The position numbers were made by a program, and so were the translations under genes. From Chloroflexota bacterium (GTDB taxonomy: Bacteria; Chloroflexota; Dehalococcoidia; Lucifugimonadales; UBA3495): a DNA stretch of 32,152 nucleotides. Location: assembly GCA_022562335.1 (NCBI GenBank), contig JADFPM010000003.1, forward strand, positions 1 through 32,152, read 5' to 3'. Each line of letters opens with the position of its first letter. The stretch's first letter is position 1. This document shows positions 19,021 through 29,300 of the stretch, piece by piece. Under the pieces are notes generated by a model. That model was not told the origin of the DNA. It did no database searches and saw only the letters and a list, made by a program, of their open reading frames with translations.

Positions 19021-19054
19021 AATAAAAAGGCTAAAATCGGCAGGCTTAGAACGG
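19013..19054. repeat. degenerate 14-bp tandem repeat starting at the atpG stop
   Basis: AAGGCTAAAATAAA / AAGGCTAAAATCGG / CAGGCTTAGAACGG. Confidence 0.65.
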
Positions 19055-19119
19055 CGCCTGATGCGAAATCATACCGAGTTTCAATAAATTCCCTGATTAT
19101 TTTAAGAACCGTCTAATAA

Positions 19120-20538
<1,419 letters not shown>

Positions 20539-20547
20539 GAGGGGTCC

Positions 20548-20982
20548 ATGGCCCCCATGCGCTTGGAAATCATCACCGCTGAAAGGGAAGTGTTCGCCGA
20601 CGAAGTGGACATGTTGGTGGCCCCAGGAATCGAGGGGCAACTGGGCATTTTGCCCCACCACGCTCCGTTGATGACGGTGTTGCAGCCCGGCGAACTGATC
20701 ATCCGCAAGGACGGAGAAGAAACCTACCTGGCCGTCACCGGGGGATTTCTGGAGGTCATCGGCAACAAGGTGACCATACTGGCCGACGCTTGTGAGCATT
20801 CCGAGGAAATCGATGAAGAGAGGGCCCAGGCAGCCGTCGATAAGGCCAGGGAAGAAATGAGCCGGGTGGACGCCAACCAGCAATTGGTCCAGGCGGCGGT
20901 GGCCATGCACCGGGCTCAGATCAGGCTGAACGTGGTGCGGCGCAGAAGGCCGAGGACCACGCCGGGGCCGCCCGCTTCGTGA
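20548..20982 (+). CDS. atpC: F1 ATP synthase subunit epsilon
   Basis: G.LGILPHHAPL, GGFLEV and TILAD, plus C-terminal helices. Confidence 0.95.
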   Translation: MAPMRLEIITAEREVFADEVDMLVAPGIEGQLGILPHHAPLMTVLQPGELIIRKDGEETYLAVTGGFLEVIGNKVTILADACEHSEEIDEERAQAAVDKAREEMSRVDANQQLVQAAVAMHRAQIRLNVVRRRRPRTTPGPPAS

Positions 20983-21063
20983 TCCCAGTCCGGAATCGTT
21001 GCCCTTGACCTAGACCCTTTCTGATCAAGCACACCGTCACGCCGGCCGTCACTTTCGCCGCCT

Positions 21064-21726
21064 TTAGATTTCCCCTTCCCCACCCAGGTAATAGGTCATC
21101 GACTGCAGCGAAAGCACCGGGTCTATATTGCGAATCCTCACCCCGGGCAGCACCTGGGGGGCAATGGGGGCGTAATTCAGGATCGCCTGGACTCCACACT
21201 GCATCAGCCGGTCGATCACGTGTTGCGTGCGGTCCACCGGGACGGCGACGATGGCGATGCTGATGGCCTCCCGCTGGACGATCTCGTCCAATTTATCCAT
21301 GGGCTGGACGATGAGGCCGGCCACGTCCTGCCCTACCACCGCGGGGTCGCCGTCGAAGGCGGCAACCAGCCGGAAACCGTCGGGCGTGAAACCGGGGTAG
21401 CTCAAAATGGCCTTGCCCAGCCTTCCCACGCCCACCACCGCCACGTTCCATTGGTCGTTGAGACCCAGGATCTCCTTCAAACGGTCCAGCAGGTGGACCA
21501 CGTCGTAGCCTCGGCCCTGTTTGCCGAACCGGCCGAAGTAGCTGAGGTCTTTGCGGATCTGTGCCGGGGTCACCTGAAGCCGTTCCCCCAGTTGGTGAGA
21601 ACTGACCACTTCTGCGTTGTTCTCCCGCAGGCGGCTCAGGATGCGGACGTACTGGGGAAGCCGGGCGACCACCACCTCGGGTACGTCGGCACGGCCTTGA
21701 TGGCGGGGTGAGGAGCCGGAAGTCAT
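21064..21726 (-). CDS. rex: Redox-sensing transcriptional repressor Rex
   Basis: RLPQY, SS..LG, QIRKDLSYFG.FG.QGRGY, GVGRLG and ILNYAP; the ATG at 21726 has a GGAGG SD. Confidence 0.94.
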   Translation of the reverse strand: MTSGSSPRHQGRADVPEVVVARLPQYVRILSRLRENNAEVVSSHQLGERLQVTPAQIRKDLSYFGRFGKQGRGYDVVHLLDRLKEILGLNDQWNVAVVGVGRLGKAILSYPGFTPDGFRLVAAFDGDPAVVGQDVAGLIVQPMDKLDEIVQREAISIAIVAVPVDRTQHVIDRLMQCGVQAILNYAPIAPQVLPGVRIRNIDPVLSLQSMTYYLGGEGEI

Positions 21727-21843
21727 GCTGATCCCCCTCCTTCCGGCGCGGACCGGGAAGGAGTTATTCTGGTGGGTGGGGTATGTAAGGGAGTTAGGGA
21801 CAAAATATGATGGCTGTCGGCATCCCATGCCCGGATCAGGCCC

Positions 21844-21858
21844 ATTATAACCTATAAT
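21844..21858. promoter_or_regulatory. back-to-back -10 elements for rex and DUF503
   Basis: ATTATA (minus-strand TATAAT, 21844-21849) and TATAAT (21853-21858), 3 bp apart in GC-rich DNA. Confidence 0.45.
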
Positions 21859-21961
21859 CAACATCCGGTTTCCCGCTGCTTTGCGGCAAAATCCGCCGGC
21901 CGCGGCTCCCCCGGCCATGGTTTGACCGGGCGGTTTCACTGGCTGGATCAGGAGGTCTGAT

Positions 21962-22255
21962 TTGCACATCGGAGTTTGCCGGTTATCTTTGTTCCTGCCC
22001 GGCGTTCAAAGTCTAAAGGGCAAGCGGCAGATAGCCCGTTCCATAAACGCCCGTATCAGGAACCAATTCAACGTTGCCGTGGCAGAGGTGGAAGACCAGG
22101 ACCTCTGGCAGCGGCTTACCCTGGGCATATGCTGCGTCAGTAACGATCCCAGCCACGCCAACCAAGTCCTGTCCAACGTTGTGGCCTTTGTGGAGGACCA
22201 GCGCCGCGACCTGGAGGTGCTGGACTACGAGACTGAGATAATCAACGGCGTCTAA
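21962..22255 (+). CDS. DUF503 (YlxP-like) protein
   Basis: SLKGKR, FNVAVAEV..QDLWQR; TTG start with an AGGAGG SD. Confidence 0.92.
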   Translation: MHIGVCRLSLFLPGVQSLKGKRQIARSINARIRNQFNVAVAEVEDQDLWQRLTLGICCVSNDPSHANQVLSNVVAFVEDQRRDLEVLDYETEIINGV

Positions 22256-22343
22256 CCCCTCAAGGGGCCGGCGGGGATGATTGGGCGCGGGCACTGAACG
22301 CAGACTGGATACGAAAGGAGTGGTTTCGCCGGGAGATGAACCC

Positions 22344-22372
22344 TTGACGCGCCGCACCCGCCTTTGTAGACT
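22344..22372 (+). promoter_or_regulatory. sigma70-type promoter for the 63-aa gene
   Basis: TTGACG-N17-TAGACT. Confidence 0.6.
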
Positions 22373-22468
22373 GTCCCACGGGTATTATGACCGTGACGTT
22401 ATCCCGGCGCCGCGAGGCAGACCCCGGGACGGAAATGGAAATCTTAATTGTGATCAGGAGGTGCGCTG

Positions 22469-22660
22469 ATGTACGCTGAGATGCAAAGCATCGACGCTGG
22501 AATCAAGTTCAAGACCCGGGCCGGGTTGGTGGTAGAGACCACCGGGGTCAGCCAGCAGATTGAGAGCGTCGACGTCAACGTCCACGAGGTGGTCATCGTT
22601 GAAGGCGAAGGCCAGGGAGAAAAATACCTGCACAATCTGGACTACGCCGAGAAAGCCTAA
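22469..22660 (+). CDS. small hypothetical protein (63 aa, acidic, beta-rich)
   Basis: Strong SD AGGAGGTG, GC-rich third codon positions, and its own promoter and terminator. Confidence 0.8.
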   Translation: MYAEMQSIDAGIKFKTRAGLVVETTGVSQQIESVDVNVHEVVIVEGEGQGEKYLHNLDYAEKA

Positions 22661-22778
22661 ACCGGTAAAGGCGATAAGGCCATCACTCGCCGGGGACATC
22701 GTCCCGTGGTGATCCTGTGCGGATGGGCTGATGAAGGCAGTGGCCGGTATCATCACTCTGGGATTCTCTAAGCGAATG

Positions 22779-22813
22779 AAAACACCCCGTACCTGCTAGG
22801 TGCGGGGTGCTTT
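22779..22813. terminator. intrinsic terminator, probably bidirectional
   Basis: AAAA-CACCCCGTACCT-gct-AGGTGCGGGGTG-cTTT between convergent genes. Confidence 0.75.
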
Positions 22814-22887
22814 GCCGTGAACCGGGCTATTCCCGTCCTGCGGGTTTGGCCCCGCTGAACCCTTTCGCCTGCTGCCCTATGGGCTGA

Positions 22888-23811
22888 TCAATCGGCGGTC
22901 CCCTGCCGGCCGGCCGTTATTGACGCCGAAAATTCCTCCAAGGCATCCCAGTAGCCGGGACCGCCGTTTATGTGGGTATCGTTATGGCCCGCGCCGGGAA
23001 GCAACCGGAAGATTTTGGGGTCGTTAGCCGCTTCAAACAACGCCCTGCCCTGATCCACCGGCACCATCTCGTCTTGTGCCCCGTGGATTATCAGTAAGGG
23101 GGTCTGGACCCGGCGAATACGAGAGGCTGAGTCGTACCGGTCTTTCAGCAGCCAACCCACCGGCAAATAGGGGAATGCCCGGCGGGCCATGTCGCTCACC
23201 GAAGAAAACGGGGAAACCAGTATCAACCCCGCTGGAAGCTTTTCCGTGGCCAATTCCACCGCCACCGCCGCCCCCAAAGACTTGCCGAAATAAACGATCT
23301 TACTGGGGTCTATGCCCGGCCGGTTCGACACATGATCCAGGGCGGCCCTGGCGTCCTGGTAGGTGCCCTGTTCCGTGGGTTCACCTTGGCTTCGCCCGTA
23401 GCCCTGGTAGTCGAAAATGAAAATGTTGACGCCCAGGCGGTGGTGCAGCATGGCGAGTTCATCCACCCGGTGGCTGATGTTGCCGCCGTTTCCATGGAAC
23501 CAGATCCAGGTGGTATTTCCGGTATCCACCGTCCCGGGGATATACCAACCTTGGAGCTGCCGGCCCCCGCGGGTATGAAACGAGACGTCCTCATATTGCA
23601 GGCCCGCGTCTGCCGGCGTGAATTGGAGCTCGGCGGTGGGAAAGAAGATGTACCGGCGTTCCAGTTGGCTCCAAAGGATTCCCACGGTCAACGCCAACCC
23701 CAATGCCACGCCGGTGGCAATGATGGACAGGATGCGCCACGTACGGCGGATTCGCCGCAGCCTGGTAATGCTGCCTGAAGTGACCGGAGTGCCTGATGCG
23801 AAGGGCGCCAT
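22888..23811 (-). CDS. membrane-anchored alpha/beta hydrolase (ABHD13/Bem46-like)
   Basis: N-terminal TM, FHGNGGN, DYQGYGRS, nucleophile motif GKSLG, HG.QDE and GHND. Confidence 0.9.
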   Translation of the reverse strand: MAPFASGTPVTSGSITRLRRIRRTWRILSIIATGVALGLALTVGILWSQLERRYIFFPTAELQFTPADAGLQYEDVSFHTRGGRQLQGWYIPGTVDTGNTTWIWFHGNGGNISHRVDELAMLHHRLGVNIFIFDYQGYGRSQGEPTEQGTYQDARAALDHVSNRPGIDPSKIVYFGKSLGAAVAVELATEKLPAGLILVSPFSSVSDMARRAFPYLPVGWLLKDRYDSASRIRRVQTPLLIIHGAQDEMVPVDQGRALFEAANDPKIFRLLPGAGHNDTHINGGPGYWDALEEFSASITAGRQGTAD

Positions 23812-23858
23812 ATCTCACCGGATCGGTTCAACGGCATAGGTGGGGAAAGGGGTCCATC

Positions 23859-24113
23859 TCAGGATGAAGCCGGTTCTTTGGCCGGGGTGATCTCCTCGGC
23901 GGGAACAGCCTTTGGGTAGCTATTCACTTCCTGGTCGATGGATTCTTGCCGGCCGGCAACATCCCGGACTTCCGGCTGGTCGCTCTGGCACTGGGGGCAC
24001 CAAATCGTTTCCTTGCTGAACATCATCATGTTGTCTTTTTTGACGCTAAAGGTCTCGATGTGGAACCGGCATGTTCCGCAGATCTTGACCAGAGTCACTT
24101 CGTCGTTGGGCAT
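23859..24113 (-). CDS. small hypothetical Zn-ribbon-like protein
   Basis: 84 aa with CGTC and CPQC pairs; co-oriented between the Fe-S oxidoreductase and the hydrolase. Confidence 0.7.
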   Translation of the reverse strand: MPNDEVTLVKICGTCRFHIETFSVKKDNMMMFSKETIWCPQCQSDQPEVRDVAGRQESIDQEVNSYPKAVPAEEITPAKEPASS

Positions 24114-24168
24114 GGCCTGAAACCCCGTTCCTTTAAGATGCCCGGATCATCTTTAGATCGGTCTTCGA

Positions 24169-26199
24169 TCAATCTTCCAGGCTTTCGGCTAGTATCTCCA
24201 ATACGTCCATGGCCTTTTTCTGGCCCTCTTGTCCCTTGGCCTGGATCCCTTCGGTCAGCATTTGCAGGCAGAAGGGGCACGACACCGCCACGGTATCGGC
24301 GCCGGTTTCCAAGAAGTGATCGGTGCGGGCATGGTTTATGCGCGTTCCGCCACTCTCCTCCAGCCACATATGTCCGCCGCCGGCCCCGCAGCAAAAACCC
24401 CGCTCCCGGTGCCGGGGCGACATCTCCACCAATTTCAGTCCCGGTATCGCTTTGGCAATGTCCCTGGGCTCATCGTAAACGCCGTTATGACGGCCCAGGA
24501 AGCAGGAATCGTGATAAGCGACGGTGGTGTCGATCAATTTGATCGGTTTGACCTTGCCCTGTTTCACCAGACCATCGATGAACTGGCTGTAGTGGAGCAC
24601 CTCGTACTCGCCCCCGAACTGGGGATATTCGTTTCGCATCGTATTGAAACAGTGGGGGCAGATGGTGACGATCTTGGTCACGTTGTACCGGTTCAGCGTC
24701 TCGATGTTCTGTTTGGCCAGGGTCTGGTACAGGTACTCGTTGCCCATGCGCCGGGCCGGGTCGCCGGTGCAGGTCTCCTCCTCTCCCAGAATGGCAAAGT
24801 CCACTCCCGCCGACTTCAGCACTTTTACCATGGACCGGGCGATGCCCTGACTACGCTGTTCCAGGGCCCCGGTGCAGCCGACCCAGAACAGGATTTCGGC
24901 GTCGGGCTTATCCGCCAGGGTGGGCACGTCCAGTCCTTCGGCCCAGTCGGTCCGGGAATACTGGGTCCCCCGCCAGGGATGCCCCCGCTGCTCCAGGCTC
25001 AAGAGGGCGGTCATCGCCGACTCGGGGATCTTGGATTCCTCCAGGACCAGGTTTCGGCGCATGTCCATGATGGTGGGTATGTGCTCGACCACCACCGGGC
25101 ATTCCTCCATGCAAGCGCCGCAGGAAACGCAGTCCCACACCGCCTCTTCCGAGATAGGCCCGCCGATCAAGGGCGTTGGCTCCACGTGTTCGGGGTTCCT
25201 GGGGCCCTGGTGCCCGATGGCCTGCATGTGCTCCTTCAGGTTCTCCACGATGTGCATCGGCGAGAGCGCCTTGCCCGTCAGGTTGGCCGGGCACACATCG
25301 GTGCACCTGCCGCAGACGGCGCAGGCAAAGCCATCCAGTAACTGTTTCCAGGTGAAGTCCTGCACCCGTCCGGCGCCGAATCGTTCCGCTTTCTCCAGGT
25401 CGATGGGGGCCATCACCCCCGTGGGCTCCAGCGAACGAAAGTAGGCGTTCAGGGGAGCAGCCACCATGTGCATGTGTTTGGAGAAGGGGATATATATGGA
25501 AAACCCCAGGATGATCGCCAGGTGGACCCACCAGAACACGCCGTGCATGACGCTGGCCGGTCCCTGGCCAACGCCCAGGCTGGTGAACCAACCTCCCAGG
25601 GCGCCGCCTATGAATACCTGGGCCTCGGGGCCGTGGCCTCCCTTGGCAACGAAAAAAGCGTGGGTGAGCAACGTTGAGACCATGAGGAAGCCGATGAGGC
25701 CGACGATGATCACCGAATCCATGTTGCGGGTCAGGTCGAAACTTAGCCGCCGCGGCTTGGCCACCCAACGGCGCAGCAGCGCCCAAGCCAGCAACACCAG
25801 CAAGACCGCCGCCTGAATATCCAGGTAAGCGCTGAAGATACGCACGCCCGTGGCGGTCAGCAACGTTTCCGGAAACGATTTCCAGGCCGACCCGATGAAG
25901 ATGAATATCAGATAGCTCAGGGAGAAGGACAGAAATCCCCAGAATATCAACGCGTGGGCCAGACCCGCCCAGTCTTTGCTGGGGACCCGTTGCAAGACTT
26001 TCCGTTGCCCCAGGACGATGGACGTCGCGCCGGTCAGCCGCTGCCAGGGGTGGTCGAAGCGCGCCACACTGCCGCCTTGGCGGATCAACCGCACGACGCG
26101 GAAGTAAAACAAGTAGCTGGATATAGCTCCGGTCAGGGCTAGGAAAAGATAAACCCCAACCCATATCGGGATGGGTCCAATGTCTCCTGGTGGGACCAT
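24169..26199 (-). CDS. membrane-bound Fe-S oxidoreductase (FadF / HdrD-like, CCG domains)
   Basis: Multi-TM N-terminus with His residues, two 4Fe-4S motifs (CAVCGRCTDVCP, CVSCGACMEECP), and two CCG domains (GC..CTG..CPHC; HDSC..CCGAGGG..CPFC). Confidence 0.92.
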   Translation of the reverse strand: MVPPGDIGPIPIWVGVYLFLALTGAISSYLFYFRVVRLIRQGGSVARFDHPWQRLTGATSIVLGQRKVLQRVPSKDWAGLAHALIFWGFLSFSLSYLIFIFIGSAWKSFPETLLTATGVRIFSAYLDIQAAVLLVLLAWALLRRWVAKPRRLSFDLTRNMDSVIIVGLIGFLMVSTLLTHAFFVAKGGHGPEAQVFIGGALGGWFTSLGVGQGPASVMHGVFWWVHLAIILGFSIYIPFSKHMHMVAAPLNAYFRSLEPTGVMAPIDLEKAERFGAGRVQDFTWKQLLDGFACAVCGRCTDVCPANLTGKALSPMHIVENLKEHMQAIGHQGPRNPEHVEPTPLIGGPISEEAVWDCVSCGACMEECPVVVEHIPTIMDMRRNLVLEESKIPESAMTALLSLEQRGHPWRGTQYSRTDWAEGLDVPTLADKPDAEILFWVGCTGALEQRSQGIARSMVKVLKSAGVDFAILGEEETCTGDPARRMGNEYLYQTLAKQNIETLNRYNVTKIVTICPHCFNTMRNEYPQFGGEYEVLHYSQFIDGLVKQGKVKPIKLIDTTVAYHDSCFLGRHNGVYDEPRDIAKAIPGLKLVEMSPRHRERGFCCGAGGGHMWLEESGGTRINHARTDHFLETGADTVAVSCPFCLQMLTEGIQAKGQEGQKKAMDVLEILAESLED

Positions 26200-26228
26200 G
26201 GGAACCGGTCACCTCGGGGTTAATATAG

Positions 26229-26247
26229 CCGTGTTAGTCTAACACGG
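26229..26247. promoter_or_regulatory. perfect palindrome overlapping an extended -10; candidate operator
   Basis: CCGTGTTAG-T-CTAACACGG; the minus strand reads TG-T-TAGACT, about 35 bp upstream of the FadF-like ATG. Confidence 0.55.
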
Positions 26248-26307
26248 GGCCTGGCGAGGGTACATGTCGATCTGAGGGTTGACGCTGCATCCAGGCACTG
26301 TCGCAGG

Positions 26308-26336
26308 TGGACATCCGACCACCTCGAAGCTACTAT
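26308..26336 (+). promoter_or_regulatory. sigma70-type promoter for the cyclase gene (near-leaderless mRNA)
   Basis: TGGACA-N17-TACTAT, with the ATG 9 nt after the -10 and no SD. Confidence 0.5.
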
Positions 26337-26345
26337 TCCCCCATA

Positions 26346-29300
26346 ATGACCAGTCAGCGGGTTCAGAGGCAGATCGATAGGCTTTTGGATGAAGCGGAGG
26401 CGGCCTTCGCCCAGCGAGATTGGTTGGCGGTGCGAGAGCGGGCGCAAGACGCCCTGACCCTTGAACCAGAAAACCAAGACGCGCTGACCTTTTTGACCGC
26501 CGCTGAACGCGCGCTTGAGGCGAACACCCGGTCAGGCCCACCGATACCCCAGACCGAGACCACGCCCGCCGAGCAAACGCCTCAAGTCGTAAATACGCAT
26601 GAAGCCGAACGCCGCCAGCTGACGGTGATGTTTTGCGACCTCCAAGGCTCCACCGCCCTTTCCCAGCAACTGGACCCCGAAGACCTCAGGGAAGTCATCC
26701 GTGGCTATCAGGAAGTATGTGCCGGGGCCGTGTCCCGCTTTGAGGGGCATATAGCTAAATATCTGGGTGACGGGCTCTTGATCTACTTTGGCTATCCCCA
26801 AGCCCACGAGGACGATCCCCAACGGGCGGTGCGGGGCGGTTTGGCGATACTGGAAGACATGGAAGCGCTGAACACTCGCCTCAAAGCAGACAAAGATATA
26901 GAGCTGGCGGTCCGCATCGGCGTCCACACCGGGCTGGTGGTGGCGGGGGAGATGGGCGGCGGCGATACCATCGAAACATTGGCTATCGTCGGTGAGACGC
27001 CCAACATCGCCGCCCGGTTGCAGGAAGCCGCCAGCCCCAACTCCGTGGTTGTCAGCGATGTGACCGCCAACCTTGTCCAAGGTTTCTTTGTCCATAAAGC
27101 CCTGGGTTTCCATGAACTCAAAGGCATCTCTGAGCCCATGGAACTGTTCGCGGTTCTCTCCGAGAGCGGCGCTCAGACCCGCTTCGAAGTGGCCGCTGCT
27201 AGCCAACTGACCCCTCTGGTCGGACGGGAACAGGAACTGGGGCTGCTGCTGGACCGCTGGGAGCAGGCCCAAGAAGGGTTGGGGCAGGTGGTCCTGCTGG
27301 GCGGAGAGCCCGGTATCGGGAAATCCCGCTTGATAGACGCATTGACCGAGCGGATCGCGAACGAGCCACACGCTCTCCGAGGGCTCCGTTGCTCTGCGTA
27401 CCATCAAAACAGCGCCCTTCATCCCGTATTGGAGTATCTGGAGGCTTGGCTGGGATTTGGAAGGGACGATTCCGCTGAAGAAAGACTCACCATGCTGGAA
27501 AGCGCCTTGGCTCACGTGGATTTTCCTTTGGCGGAAGCGGTCCCCTTGCTTTCTGGTTTGCTATCGGTTCCCCTGGCCGAGCGGTATCCCGCGCTTGCCA
27601 TGGACCCCGAAGTGCAAAGAGACAGGACCCGGCAACTGTTGGTGGCTCTGCTGCTGGATTCAGCCGGGGACCAGCCGGTATTTCTTGTTTTAGAAGACCT
27701 GCACTGGGCGGACCCCTCGACCCTTGCGGTTTTAGACCTTCTGTTAGAGCAGGTGCCCACAGCCAGGGTCCTGGCGCTTTTCAGCTTCCGGTCCGAGTTC
27801 ACGCCGCCTTGGCCAAGCCGCGGGCACGTGACCCAAATCATGCTGAACCGGCTGACCAGAAGGCTGGCGGGCGAGATGGTTGGCCGCCTGACCGGCGGCA
27901 AGACGTTGCCGGAAGAGGTCCTCAGCCAAGTGGCCGCCAAGAGTGACGGGGTGCCCATCTTTGTGGAGGAACTCACCCGTATGTTATTGGAGTCCGGCCT
28001 TCTTAAAGAGGCCGGAGACCATTACGAGCTAACGGGACCTCTGACAACCCTTGCGATCCCATCCACGCTACAGGACTCACTTACCGCCCGGCTGGACCGG
28101 TTGACTTCGGCCCGCGAGGTAGCGCAGCTGGGAGCTGTTCTCGGCCGGGAGTTCACCTACGACCTGATCAGATCGGTTTCGCCTATGGACGAGGAATTGT
28201 TGGGCAGCCACCTGCAACGGTTGGTTGACGCGGAGTTCCTATACCAGAGAGGCTTGCCGCCGGATGCAAACTACACCTTCAAACACGCCCTGATACAGGA
28301 TGCCGCCTATCAGTCTCTGTTACATAGCCGAAGGCAACAATACCATCAACGGACGGCGCAGGTGTTGGAGGAAGGATCCGCCGGCATCGTGGAGATGCAG
28401 CCGGAGCTGTTGGCCCATCATTTTGCCCAAGCGGGCCTCACCGAACGTGCGGTGATCTACTGGCTGAGGGCCGGAGAGCGGGCAATGGTCACCTACGCCT
28501 ACGAGGAAGCATTGGGTCACTTTGAAAGGGGCTTGATCGCCCGGGACATAGCCTTGTCCGGAACGGAGGCAGCTCCCGACGAAGAGGCCGCTGCCCTGCT
28601 GTTCGGCTTGGGCCGGGCCCAGGCCCCCACCCTGCCAAGGTACCGAACCCATGAGGCGGTGACCAGTTTGGCCCGGGCCCTGGACTACTACGCCGAAGCT
28701 GGGGAGTCTGACCGGGCTGTGGCCATTGCCGAATACCCGTTTTACCCCATGATTGGCCATCGGATCGGCAATGATCAGCTGATCGCCCGGGCCCTGACGC
28801 TGGTGGACCCGGATTCGCCCAGGGCGGGGCGTCTGCTGTCGCGGTATGGACGGTTGTTGGGGTTGGAGGAAGGCGATTATGCAGGCGCCCAGGAAGCGTT
28901 CGAGAAAGCGCTGGCCATTTCCCGGCGGGAAAGCGACCCGGTACTGGAAATGCGGGTTCTGGCTGATGCCGCCAACGTGGACCTGATCCACCTCCGATTC
29001 CAGGAGAGTCTGGACAAGAGTATGCGGACTATTGAACTGGCCGGACGAGCGGATGATCCCTACCCCCAGGTTCTGGCCCGTTATACCGCGGTCCTCGACA
29101 ACCTTCATTTGGGCCAGCTTGAAGAAGCGCGGCTCCAGGCGTCGGCCGTGCTGGCGCCGGCGGAAGGCCTGCGGGACCGATTCTGGCATAGCATGGCCCT
29201 GCGGGCCAACCAAGACGCGGCCCAGATGGCCGGCCAATTCGGCGCGGCGCGAGAGTTGAGCGACCGCGCGCTTGCCGCATCACCCACGGAATCCCGCGCC

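Noticed and set aside
22670-22748. Resemblance to a fluoride riboswitch (GGCGAT...TCGCC...GGGCTGATG) or a hammerhead core (CTGATGA)
   Set aside because: The pseudoknot partner after GCTGATG is not complementary, no GAAA follows the putative stem II, and no same-strand gene lies downstream.
24229-26212. Long alternative-frame ORFs (370 aa +, 434 aa -) and similar shadow ORFs over fusA, the mutase, atpA, atpD and the cyclase
   Set aside because: They fully overlap well-supported genes, lack family motifs, and are expected in high-GC coding DNA.
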